Below are positions 52,701 to 64,000 of a stretch of 64,000 nucleotides of DNA, piece after piece (position 1 is the first letter of the stretch; the number at the start of each line of letters is the position of its first letter). A model generated the notes under the pieces. It had not been told where the DNA came from. It was given only the letters and a program-made list of their open reading frames with translations, and ran no database searches. Source of the DNA: Gordius albopunctatus (lineage: Eukaryota); assembly GCA_964276515.1 (NCBI GenBank), contig OZ193909.1, positions 5,394,001 to 5,458,000 on the forward strand. Direction: 5' to 3'. The position numbers and the translations under genes were made by a program.

Positions 52701-55700
52701 TGGGTAACCAAATCGTAGAAACGGGGTCGGTATCATTCTAAGCGAATCGTTCAAGGACAAGGTGGTGGAAGTCAAGCGTTGTTCCGACAGGCTAATGTGG
52801 GTGAAGATTGCAGATCAAGGGGGCCTCCTAACCGTTATGTGCGCGTATGCTCCCCAATTAAAATGTTTGGAATCAGAGAAAGACATATTATTCGATTCAT
52901 TGGAAAGGGAAATACAAGGAATAGGACAAGAAAAAAGGTTAAATTATTGGAGCAGATTTCAACGCTCACGCTGGGAAAGATCGCCTCGGGTATGAACGCA
53001 ATCATGGAGGCTATGGGAATGGTCTGAAGTACAAAGAAGGGGAAAAGTTTCTCCAAGTATCTCAAGCACGTGACATGGCGATCGTTAACACCTATTTTCA
53101 TAAGCGCGAGAATCATATTGTGACCTATAGAAGTGGGAAGCATTTTAGTCAAATCGACTATTTGCTTATACGGCGAAAGGACTTATGGAGTATCAAGGAT
53201 TGCAAAGTGATAGCGGGAGAAGAAATCGCCAGGAAACATCGTCCCCTTGTTATGGATATTTTTTTTTTTTAAATTGACATGCTTTATTAAATAAAAAGTA
53301 TTAAATATTGAGTGGAATTAATAAAAAGATACAAGAACGAAAACATTTATATAAAAAAATGATTAAAACTCAATATCCGTTTCTTCATCTTTGAGAATGG
53401 GCATTGAATCCATCAAAGAATAAAGATTAGATTTAGCGATCGCGATGGCAATTGATTGTCGTAGTAAAAAACTATTCGATATTTTACAAGAGGGTGAGCG
53501 TTTATTGAGTTCTTTAAAAAAATTAAAGCGCTCTTCCCAAATGTCCCTGAGCACGATGAGACGATAGGAATAAAAATCGAGGTTTGGGATAAAGCTGAAT
53601 ATTTTAAGGATTTCCGATGCTCTGCCGATCCAAGGGGGTCGTGAGTATCGTTGGAGGGGGCAAAAAGGTCTATACAGGTGTAGTCCCATTTTAGGAAAAG
53701 GCCTTTGTCCCATGGAATAAGGGACGAACCGTCCGGGCGCATCCGCCCTTCGAGAGAGGGATCTGAAGGTTCAAGGATCGAAGGGACTTTTGCCCGTTTG
53801 AGGGCAGCTTGAAGTAGTGTATTTATTTTTTGGTGCCTACCATACCGGCTTTTGTTAAATTTACAATGCAGGGGGTGACGTGCTTCCTCATCTACAAGTG
53901 AATTACAAAGCCGGCAGGGGTATGAGGACGTGTATTTACAGCCCAAGCGGAGGCCTATATTGTAGGAGAGGGTAGGATTCTCCAAAAACATACCCGAAAA
54001 CTTACTAGGGTAAGCTTCAAGCCATTCATGTCCGGATTGGTCGAAAGCCAATGACCTAAGGTTGCAATGCTGTTTGGCGTCGCATGTCGAGAGAAGGTAA
54101 GCAACGGACCGCGACACCAAGCTTGCATCCAAATCTTTTTGAGCGTATGATTGTGGTATATTAGCTCCTACATTGACGTTCTCATTCCATAAGGATAGGG
54201 CTTGATTTATGGAGGGGTTAAGTGGGAATGGGACAAGGTTGTTGATATGATGTTTAAAAGATAGAGAGGAAGAAAGGAAGGCGGCTAGGGAAATCGCAGA
54301 TGGGGAGCGAATACCAAGGCCACCGGATTTTGTGGGAAGTGTGGCTTGAAGCCAAGTATTGGTGTTAAAGGAAATATTTAAAATTGATTCAAGAGTGGAT
54401 TTAAAAAAGTTTTCATAGTCCTGTAAAACTTCTTTAAATAAAAAAGCTTGCGTGGAGCGGAAGCAGAATAAAATTTTGCTAATGTTCTAATAATTTTTTA
54501 TAATATAAAAAGAATGATGAGATGGCATAGATTTAAAAATGTCTAATTTGGTTTTTAAAGAAGAGAGATTTTTGTCTAAAAATTTTTTAAGGCACTGGGG
54601 TCCCCCGATAGGTGCGCCTAAAACATACAAATTGTCTTTTTTAATTTTGGCAAAGTCAAAAAACTTTGGGTGAATATTATCCAAGTCAGAATATATTTCA
54701 CTTTTAGAGGCGTTTAAACATAAGTTTAGAGTGGGGAAAAAAGCATGTATTACATCTAGTGCTTGGGCTAGGTTGTCAGGGGTCCCAACAAGAGTGGCGT
54801 CATCAAGATACCAGACATTAAGAGTAAGTTTACAGTGTTTGTTAATTTCGTTAATTAGGTGATTTATGGCCAAGCAGAATAAAGGGGGGCTTAGAGGATC
54901 GCCTTGTTGGATCCCCTCTGCGGATTCGAGGAAGAATTCTCCAAATTTCAAAATCGAAGGGCATCCATAACTTAAAATGATGTAGTTGGTGTAGTGGGGA
55001 AACAGTTTGATAAATTCATTAATGAAAGCAGTGCGGCGAATGCTGTTGAAAGCATTTTTAAAATCCAGTTTTATAAAGGAGTCACCCGGTGGGAGGTGTT
55101 CCAGGGCTAAGCGTGCGGCATGGGTAGCTATCTCGCACCCTCCTTTGACCCCAAAGCCTAGTTGATGCGGAATTAAAGTTGGGGTCAATATTGGTTTGAT
55201 CGCCGAGCAAATTAATTTAGAAATAATTCTTCGAAAAACACCGCCGATAGCGATAGGCCTGGCTGAATTGTCGGCCTTCCTAATAGCTAAAAGCTTAGCT
55301 GAGTATTTCCCGAAAGAAGAAAGGTCTATGAACCTCGAATTCGATACGAAGGGCTAAAGGATACGTCGACGAACAAAGAATACCATCAAAATGCCTGCTC
55401 ACTCTTGGGTGCAAGGAAGTTGCAAAGGGACGTAGACGACGATTAGGAGACGCTATCTAAGTACATTAAAGAAACAGCGATTCGTGTTCTAGGAGAGAAC
55501 AAAGGAGGCAAAGCTATGAATAAAAAACTATGCTGGTGGGATCAATCGGTCAAAGATTTCATCGAAAGAAAGAAAAATCTATATAGACGGTGGCATAAAT
55601 CAAAAATGTCGGAGGATTATCAAGAGTACAGGTACGCAAAGAGGGCCGCAAAAAAGGCCGTTGCAAAAGCGGAGAATGCCGCGTACACCGAGATGGCAAA

Positions 55701-58700
55701 CAAACTGGATCATAAAGGGGGCGATAGGCTTATGTACAAATTGGCCAAGATAAGGGAGAAGAAAAGTCGAGATGTCGGAATGCTTAAAATAGTCAAAAGC
55801 AAGAAGGGTCAAATTTTATTCAAGCCGAAAGAAGTGATGGAAAGGTGGAAAGGATATTTTAAGAAACGTATGAATATTGCAAATGACAAGAATTCTCTTC
55901 CCGAAATTGAGCCAAATATAAGTATGGTCGAACTCTTTCAAGAGGATAAAGTTAGGACACAAATGAAAAAGATGCAAAAAGGAAAAGCAAATGGCCCAGA
56001 CGGATGTCGTGAAGAAGGAGTCACCACTATGACGAACCTCCTTAACAAGATATTGGTATTAGAGCGAATCCCTAATCAATGGAGAGCAAGCACGATTATA
56101 CCCTTATTTAAAGGCAAAGGAGACCCTCAGGACTGCGGCAATTACAGAGGTATCAAGCTAACTTGCCACTCCTTGTTGAGGCTTATGGAAAGGATCTTAG
56201 TAACAAGGCTGAAAAACTAGGTGGAAATATCGGCTAATCAATTCGGATTCATGGTCGGCAAATCCACAATCGACCCAATCTTCGCCCTAAAACAAATGAT
56301 GGATAAGTATGGTGAAAAGAGGAAAGACCTGCATATGGTTTTTATCGACTTGGAGAAAGCTTATGATACGGTCCCCGCGATTTAATATGGTGGTGCCTGA
56401 GGAAACAAAATATCCCTGACGCATATATACGGCCTATGAAAAATATTTATGAAGCCTCAAACTCTTACTTTAGAACGACAGTTGGAGACTCTAAACCTTT
56501 TCGGGTTAATATTGAATTACATCAAGGCTCTGCTTTAAGTCCCTTTTTATTTAATATAATTAGGTACCCCATCCCTGGATGACCATCTAAAGTACCCAAA
56601 AGTAGACAGGTTTACGTACCTCGGCTCGATGCTAAATTAAGAGGGAGGTTGCGCAACGGAAGTCAATGCCCGGATCCAAAAAGGATGGCTTAAATGGCGA
56701 AGTATATCCGGTGTAATGTGCGACAAGAAAATGCCAATATGGTTGAAGATCAAAGCTTACAAATCCATCGTAAGACCGATGTTACTCTATGGAAGTGAAA
56801 CATGGGCATTAAACACCACTGAAGGAAAGCTATTACAAGCTACAGAGATGAGAATGATACGGTGGAGCTTGGGGTATACTAAGCTCGACCATATGACGAA
56901 TGATTTTCTCATGACAAAAATGGGCATTCAACCTAGGCGTGCATGATTAACGAAAATCGGCTAAGGAGGGACACGGATGACGTAAATCGAAAAGTTACTG
57001 GACATGGAGGTGGTGGGGAAGAGAGGAAGAGGGCGACCCCGTGTCCCGTGGAAAGGGCAAGTCGATAAAGTTATGGAAACTAAAGAGATTACGGTCAAGA
57101 TGGAAGAAACTTATAAAAACAAACCCCACCAATGTAGGACCAAATAACTGATAAAGAAGAAGAAGAGAGTTATTTATGAAAATTAAATTATCTCCTAATG
57201 ACCATTGGTATAATAACTTCAATTAAACTTATCAAGATTATGCAATTAATGGGCTCACTCTAAAGACAATTTTGGATAAAGTGTCTACAAATAAAAAATG
57301 ACGGTTGGTTGAAATTAATATTTCTTACCCTAGCCTAAGCCCAAATCCTTTTTTTATTTAAGGATCTCAATTGATTAGATTTAGCTTGTTTAACTTTTAA
57401 TAGATTTTTTCCCTCGTACAGAATACTTTTAAGATAAAACATTCTTACAGGAAGAATTTTTTTGACTTGTTGGTCTATCATGGAAACTAAAATTCGTACT
57501 AAATATTTTCATAAAAATAAGTTATGATCGTTGTTTGAATGTAATTAGTCTGACCCCGGCCTGAGGCCAATTAGTTTTAAGTAGAGGCCTGCAAACTTCA
57601 ACCCGACCCGAAAGCTTTTTTAAATTTTTAACCCGTGGTTTCGGGTGACCCGTGCAGGCCTCTAGTTTTAAGCCCTACTAGAGCATGGCGCAACATCTTT
57701 TGGAAATCGAGTTTTGTTATTTTTCAAATATTAGAATGTCCACCCATCTTTCCTAGTCATTTAGTCCTTTTTTGAGCTTTGAAATTTGCTGAGATATAAG
57801 GCTTTAAAAACGGAGTTATTTAGAGGGGGAATAGCAAACCAAACTTTGGTTAATAAACTTTTTCCAGATATGCTTTGTAATTACTTAGAGCAACCGGTGG
57901 GGGCATGGGCGTAGCCAGGCCCCCAGCCATGGGCGTAGCCAGGCCCCCAGCCATGGGCGTGGCCAGGCCCCCAGCCATGGGCGTGGCCAGAATTGGGATT
58001 AGAGGTGGGGGGGGGGCAATAATGATTTATAGAGTGCAAAATGATAATCTTTTTGAAGTTTTAGCCATAATTTCAAAAAAATTTCAACAAACTTTTGGAT
58101 TTAGTGCCCCCTTCCCTGCCCCCCTGGCTACGCCCTTGCCCCCAGCCTACAAACATTAAGGTCTCTTTCGCCCTGCCTAAATAGCATAACAAATGGACTC
58201 TTTATCTACGAAGTGTAGAAGAGCCTGAGTTTAAGACTTAATTAAAAGAACACGGGTTACACGCTAGTAAGGTCCAAAGGACCAAGAATTGGCTATGTCC
58301 GAAGGACCTAGACGTTAAATAACGAAAAATTTTACAATACAACCGGTACAAAACAATCGCCTAATTTAGTTGATTTTTACTTAGGCTAAAGCTAAAATTG
58401 AAAATGGATCGTTACGCAACGCGTCTATACTATCGTGGTTCGGTTTGGGTCTTATGGGATTTCAATTTGGATTATTAGCCAGATTAACATGGTGGGACCT
58501 GTCGTGGGATTTTGTGGAACCTTTTACTTACTTCATAACATACGGCACATTAGTCGCTATGTATGCCTATTTCGTTCTCATGAAGCAGGTTAAATTTAAC
58601 ATTGATATTAATGCAGCGTCCTAACATCTAAAGCATAAAGGCCAAATTTTTTCCCATTTACAAATTTTGATTATGAGAGAAAGGTAGTATAATTTAGCCA

Positions 58701-59940
58701 TTGGTTTTAACTTTATTGGAATGATGAGAAAGACCCTTAATGTATACAAACATCTAATTAAACGTCTTTACTAAATCAATCTAATACATGGTTAACCATT
58801 AGATTCAATTTTAAGTAGGTTTTGATAATCCAAAGTGGGCTGTTTTATATAGGCAAAAATAAGCGAAAATTGGAATGTGCTTAACAGTGTACAAATATAA
58901 TAAATTTTCCAAGTGTTTATGACAATAGATCTATCAATTCTCAACCTCTCATTCATTGATGTTGCCAGCTTCTATAAGCCTGCTATACATCCCTAACAGA
59001 GGTCAGATTTATTAAAAAAAATTCTGCTCAAGCTGCCCAAACCCTTCTAAGTGTCCGTCCGGCCATTCCCGAATTATTAGACATTCCCGAACTGCCGAGC
59101 CCAAAATGATGTATTTTAAATTTTTGAAAACTAACATTGCTGTTTTTTGTAAAAAATTTTATTTTAATTTCCAATTTTATTGGATATAAACTAGGATTAA
59201 CAAAAATTGTACGATTCAAAAACAAAGTAACATTACATTATTTTAAAATATAATAGAGCCCGAATTAAATCTTATTATGGTGCCCGCCAATCTAAATTCA
59301 TGACATTTGACCAGCCCGGCCCTTGAGCCGGGCGGGCAGGTTCGGACAGCGTGCCGGACATTTCTGGTCTCTGATCCCTATAACATGGATATTTTTCTCT
59401 CGTACTTTTGCTCTTCCTTTTCATTTCTCTTAATCTCATTGCCGCTCTAACCCTCAAACTCCTCTTCCCAATATCTCTTTCCCTATCAGGTCAAAGATGA
59501 CATTCACCGATACACAATCGATTATGCAATATATCACTTTTAACAACCCAACTCAAGATAAATTAATAGCCCTATCTAGATCGATTTGTGTATAAGAGGG
59601 GTTATTGGTAGTTTCCCAAGGCAACATTGCCTACCTTGTCTTTTTATTTATACATAATTGTGCAAATATTTTATGATTCAAATAAAATTTCCTATATTTT
59701 TAATGATTATCTTTTGTTAATACATAGGAATACAATTATCCAGCATTCGTTGAACGAATATTTCTCATCTTATTTTACAAAGGAGTCAAAAAAACCAAAT
59801 TCGACGTAAAAGCTTACAATACTTTAAAGGAGCAAATTATAGCGACGCAAAATAAAATAGAAATTTTGTCCAAAACGATTGAAAATTTTAGTGAAATGAG
59901 TAGCGCAGTTAGCGACTCCTCTGTAAAAAGAAGAGAATAA
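49747..59940 (+). CDS. MCU: Mitochondrial calcium uniporter pore subunit, ~327 aa. Exons: 49747-49870, 50395-50565, 51243-51362, 51820-51971, 58385-58588, 59728-59940 (start codon tentative)
   Basis: N-terminal domain VFVKTRNGLPYLPLPLPRRSEVFEFYLKP...EDPAI; coiled coil LVNDLY...IQPLEE; TM1-filter-TM2 WFGLGLMGFQFGLLARLTWWDLSWDFVEPFTYFITYG..YAYFVL.KQEYNYP; C-terminal FYKGVKKTKFDVKAYNTLK; all introns GT-AG and in phase (984 nt in total). Confidence 0.93.
50755..50901. mobile_element. hAT MITE (CATGGGCGTAGCCA family) in MCU intron 2
   Basis: TIRs plus exact 8-bp TSD TCTTAAAC; further degraded family members at ~416, 9823, 21871, 24160, 30317, 34331, 37150, 38071, 38740 and 47140. Confidence 0.92.
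52295..52345 (+). ncRNA. Twister ribozyme (P1-type) at the RTE 5' end
   Basis: T^AACACTACCTACGACGG TACCAAG TCCGTGTGCAAAAAATG GAGGG TTGG aligns with the canonical twister layout UAACACUGCC...CCGGUCCCAAGCCCGG...AGUGGAGGG; this copy has a few decayed pairings. Confidence 0.75.
52296..57169 (+). mobile_element. Full-length RTE LINE (disrupted) in MCU intron 4, with a nested CRE element
   Basis: APE + RT fragments paralogous to 39218-42205; GAA tail; TSD TTATTTATGAAAATT(AA) at 52281-52297 and 57170-57186. Confidence 0.95.
53260..55303 (-). mobile_element. 5'-truncated CRE-clade LINE (RT + CCHC + RLE); frame 55302-53413 with one in-frame TAG at 54487-54489
   Basis: RPIAIG, QLGFG..GGCE, LDFKNAFNS, QQGDPL, YLDD, LGAPIG, GGLGIR, CRLC..HPLHC, RPDG, WDYT; poly(A) at ~53258-53270; short TSD TATTT restores the RTE codons D-I-S-R-K. 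Confidence 0.95.
57582..57664. mobile_element. 83-bp minimal hAT MITE
   Basis: TAGAGGCCTGCA ... TGCAGGCCTCTA; exact TSD GTTTTAAG. Confidence 0.9.
57904..58138. mobile_element. CATGGGCG-family MITE (57976-58138) preceded by three tandem 24-bp TIR+target units
   Basis: (CATGGGCGTRGCCAGG CCCCCAGC)x3; TSD CCCCCAGC at 57968-57975 and 58139-58146. Confidence 0.9.
58997..59373. mobile_element. hAT MITE in MCU intron 5
   Basis: CAGAGGTCAGA ... TCTGGTCTCTG; TSD ATCCCTAA/ATCCCTAT. Confidence 0.7.
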
Positions 59941-61129
59941 AATCTCTAAATTGTGATATTCTAACCTAACAAAGATATTTATAATCTCTATTACATAATA
60001 AAATATGTTGTCAATTCGTCTAGACCCTAATAAAAAATTTAAAAATAAATTGAATTTATTATAATTTATGTTAAACTCATTTTTGTGTCCTAATAAAACG
60101 GACAACAATTTTTAATAATCGACTAAATAACACAGAAAAGAATATCCCGCAATCTGAAGAATATTTCTGATAGAGAATTTTACGCCGAATAATAATTTGT
60201 TTAGTGTTTTCCCTAGTCATGTAGATTTTGTAATATGCGGGGGTAAAGGTGCAAAAATGGCCATTTTGACGATTTTTGAGGCAATATTTGCACGCCATTT
60301 TATTTAAATTTAATAATATTTATATAATCTTATAAATTATTTATTAGTCAATATAATCATAATTTTATTTGTTTCACCATTCCTTTTAGTTTTATCCCGC
60401 GTTTATTTGAACCTCCCTACCGCATGAAAATTCCTTCCACTATGTTTGGGAGAACAGAGATATTAGTTAGAGTACATTACATACTAGTGTTATAAAAAAA
60501 CCAAGGGGTTATAGACCAGGTTGTGGCTATGGTTTGGTCTAGGTCTATTTTTTCCAGAAAGACCTAAGGTCATTTGGTCGTATTTCTTAATCGACCTTTA
60601 GGCGCCTACGAAATTTGAAAAACAAAGGCGCGTGAATCTCATATATATACATAGTGGAAAAATAAAATAAAACAAGAGTTAGGGGAATAAACCTAGAATG
60701 GGTACCTACCAATACGAATCCGGCCGATGCTCCATCACGAGAACCTTTAGGCTTAGTCATAATTTTGTTTATTTACCAAATGTTTTTAAACTGTTTCTAT
60801 CATTTGGGGTTGGGGGGGGGATATGATTCCTAACTATGAATCTAAGCAATATTTTAGATTGTACTGGTTTGAATATAATAATGGTTGAGGGTGATTTTTA
60901 ATATTGATACCTAGCTCTAAATATAATTTTAGAAATAAATCATTTAGTCAACCTAAATTCTAATAATTGTGATTTAAGAATCAAAATAAATTCTTTTAAC
61001 AAAAATTGGTGGGTTAGGGTGTCATAAAATTGTTGCAAAAATTTAAACATATTATTGTTCAGTGTAAAATTCTCTATCAGAAATATTCGTCAGATTGTGG
61101 GATATTTTTTCTTGTAGACCCGTGTTATT

Positions 61130-61780
61130 CAAGGATTTAATGGATTTGACTCCCTTATAAATTAAAAATTTAACGATTATTTCCAAAATATTGACACTTG
61201 AAAACGTCAAAATCGCGGTTTTTAGCAACTTTAATAGCAGATATTTCAAAAACTTAACGTATAGGAAAAAAACCAAAATTATATTCGTGTCCAGTGTCCA
61301 CTGCGAAAAACTCTACAATCTGTAAACAGTTTGCCAGTCGATTTTTCTTGTTGAAACGTGTAATTTAAATCCTAGACCTATATAATAACACTGGTCAACA
61401 AATAATGGACTTGTGAAATTAACCTGCGAACTATTTGCAGATTCTGGTAGAGTTTTTCACTGTGAACACAAATATGTTTTTAGTTTTTTCCCTATACGTC
61501 AAGTTTTTTAAATATTCGCTGTCAAAGTTTCCAAAAACACGATTTTAGCGTTTTTTAAACGTAAATAACTTGCAAATTAGTCGGTAAAAATTTTATTTAA
61601 TAGATTTAATACGTAGAGATAGGGGAGAGGATTGTATTTACAATTTTTTTTATCGTAGCACTTTTACTTTTTAAATTATATACAAAATTAATTATCCATA
61701 TCTTTTGCATTGACAAATTACACCAGACTTGAGGGCGCCCTCTCTCCTCTTCAAAACTAGGAATTAAGTGCGTGCTGTTG
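61130..61780. mobile_element. Two adjacent, oppositely oriented ends of the Chapaev3-like family (inverted degraded end ~61130-61360; left end 61389-61780)
   Basis: 61389-61780 matches 1587-1985; 61190-61360 is a diverged reverse-complement homologue ending TTGTTGAAACGTG|TAA. Confidence 0.55.
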
Positions 61781-63047
61781 TTTTGGTAATAGTAGTAGTA
61801 GAGTAGATAAACAACAACATATTCTCTGCCAAAATTGGTTGCCGACTATGGGATGTTTTTTGTAGTCTGGTGTAATTAAAAAAATTTATAGTGTTTAAAG
61901 AAAATCTTAAGGTTCAAAGATCATTCATTAATTTAGTTAATAAATTAGCATCATGTTTGATTTTCTTGTTTTATTGAAAATAGCCTAGGTGATAAAAGGG
62001 TTTGAAAGACAACGAGAACTAAAACTTTCAATAACAGTTTCGGATTAAATCTAGGTTATAATAAATTTCTAAACATTTGCTGCAAGAGAAGTGCAATCGG
62101 GCACATAAAAATGTGGATATAAAGGGGCATATGATGGGTATAATGGTGTAAGTAAAAGGGGAGCTTCTAAGTAATAACGTATCATATATTTATATATTTT
62201 GTATGGTACACATTTGTTTATATATATGTATATATTAATAGATGTTTTGTAATATACTAAGTATGTACTGGGGTATATATTATAGATGATATTTGTGAGA
62301 GCGTATTTAATTTTAATAATAATTTAAGTACAAATATGTAGTTTTCATGAAGATATGCTAATGAGAAAACGAGAACAAAATTACATGTGGATGAGATGGA
62401 GAGGTTCGCGTTAATCTTAAAGCTAATATCTGAAGAATGGTCTAAAACGATGGACTTTTTAACTTAGTGAAGGAAAAACGTTAAATTCGTAATTTCAGTG
62501 TATTTGGGAAAATTATCTATACTATTATATCAAACAGCGATGGGTTTAGGGTAAAACAATTAACGTTAGTTATATTGCGCAGACAACAACAGCCGAAGGG
62601 TTATGAGGGGATTAATTACTCTAGAGTCTACCAAAAATATGATAGATTAGTTTGGTGTAATAATAAAGTAAGGAATCGTTGTTAAATATCAAAAAAGTGA
62701 AATAAACATAGCCGTCGTCGTGCAGCCAGTACCCTCCTTGGAATACGCCTTAAATGCACGTAGTATAATTAATAAATGTGAGAAAGTGATCACGAATAAA
62801 AGTAGTAGGCGAAAGGAGGAACTCGGTATAAATTTACCTATAAATAATTTAAAACAAATGAAAGGAAACGACGTATAAAGAACACTCGTCCAGTAATAAA
62901 AACATGGGTCAGGAGATGAGAGACAAGATAAATTCTATTGCCATGAAATGTAATGTTCACAAATATGATGATGATATGGTGTATCTCCAAGATTGATCTA
63001 AATTTCAGGAAAAGTATCACATTTCAGCAGGCGCGGGAGAGGGGGTG

Positions 63048-63954
63048 TTACGAGGGACATTTTTGATTTTCGAGTTTGGCTATCAATGCGTTCAGTAATT
63101 TCAGCTTGTTCTTCGCCATCTAAAAACAAAAAGCAAACGTGATTGTTGGTTTACAAAATTATTAAAATAGTCGCTTAAGTATTAAATCGCCAAATCCAAG
63201 AAAGCATTAAGCAACATCATTTTACCAAACAAGCTGAATCGCCCAAAAATAAAAACAAATTTTCCTAAACCAATCAAAAAAGTGAATTGTCAGAGGTAGG
63301 GCTTAGGAAAATGATAGAATTGTGATTTAAACCCGTTAACAAATTTAGCAAGCAGCCTTTTAAAATTGCAATGGCGTAGACCAATTTCGCCGGGCTCCGC
63401 TCACACATCCACAAGCCACAACAAAAAACATGTTTTTCCTATTCGCATAAATAGACCAAAGGTGTTTGGTCAAGCCTTTGGTCTATTAATGTTAGTGGAT
63501 TAAGCAAAAACCCAGCCATTTTCACAACACTAGGTGGTGGTAGGTAACCTTGTAAGTTTCGTAATATTCGAGGTTGGGTAAGAAGTAGGCTCGTTTAGTG
63601 GTAGTAGCAGCAACGGGTGGGGACGATGGAGTAGGGGAATAGTCGAGCAAGCTAGTGGCGGTGTAGGTAGGGGGGAGCTGCTGCTGCTGCTGGAAATTGT
63701 CGTAATTGTACATCTTAAGTTGTCGCTTCATAGCCGCAGTGCTGGCCCGTTGTTGCCCAGCGGCCCCCGCTGCACCCCCAGAACTCGATGAGGTGGTTGG
63801 TAGGGGTGCGGCGCCTACGGGTTCGGGTAAGTCTGATGACGGATATCCCGCCCCTTCTTCTCCCGCCCCCTCCAAATCGACCGGTATGTAAGCCAACTTC
63901 TTGTAACGGTGACGGATCGCCTTGATTTTCCTACGCTCTTCCAACAACTCTTGC
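63048..63954 (-). CDS. Last two coding exons (63954-63549, 63119-63048) of an unidentified gene that begins right of the window; low-complexity protein with dibasic sites
   Basis: GC-rich open frame bounded by a pyrimidine-rich CAG acceptor and an AAG|GT donor; in-phase terminal exon after TTTTTAG (MAKNKLKLLNALIAKLENQKCPS*). Confidence 0.6.
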
Positions 63955-64000
63955 CTGATGGGGTGGGGAGGAAGGTGATGAAAGGTCAATGGTAAGGGAT

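Noticed and set aside
57905..58159. ORF with MGVARPPA repeats
   Set aside because: Translation of the tandem TIR+TSD units of a MITE
60485..63531. Possible TAGTGTT-terminated hAT element
   Set aside because: Inverted termini are short and the flanks give no TSD; the interval also contains an apparent host exon

Overview
AT-rich, intron-containing eukaryotic (animal-like) genomic DNA, dense in transposons; nothing prokaryotic and no CRISPR. Three host genes can be assembled from exons: (1) a minus-strand EF-hand + Rab GTPase gene of the RASEF/Rab45-CRACR2A family (10 exons, ~32883->23734); (2) a plus-strand mitochondrial calcium uniporter (MCU; 6 coding exons, 49747-59940) with a variant WDFVEP filter; (3) the last two exons of an unidentified minus-strand gene at the right edge. 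Mobile DNA: an 11.7-kb composite hAT element (880-12551, 8-bp TSD) full of nested inserts, many hAT MITEs with 8-bp TSDs, two foldback elements, four RTE LINEs (two essentially full length, with 5' twister-ribozyme motifs), four CRE-clade LINE fragments (one nested in an RTE inside an MCU intron), a tRNA-derived SINE and Helitron/Helentron-like pieces. The most unusual object is at 4635-6193: an LTR-like element (TG-starting direct repeats, polypurine tract) whose only coding relic is a C-terminal DIRS/hepadnavirus-type RNase H (HITLAE...VTDS...WVPTYKNPADDPS) with no integrase behind it, followed by a TATA/AATAAA pair and a hairpin-rich region. All assignments come from manual reading and translation; no database search was run.
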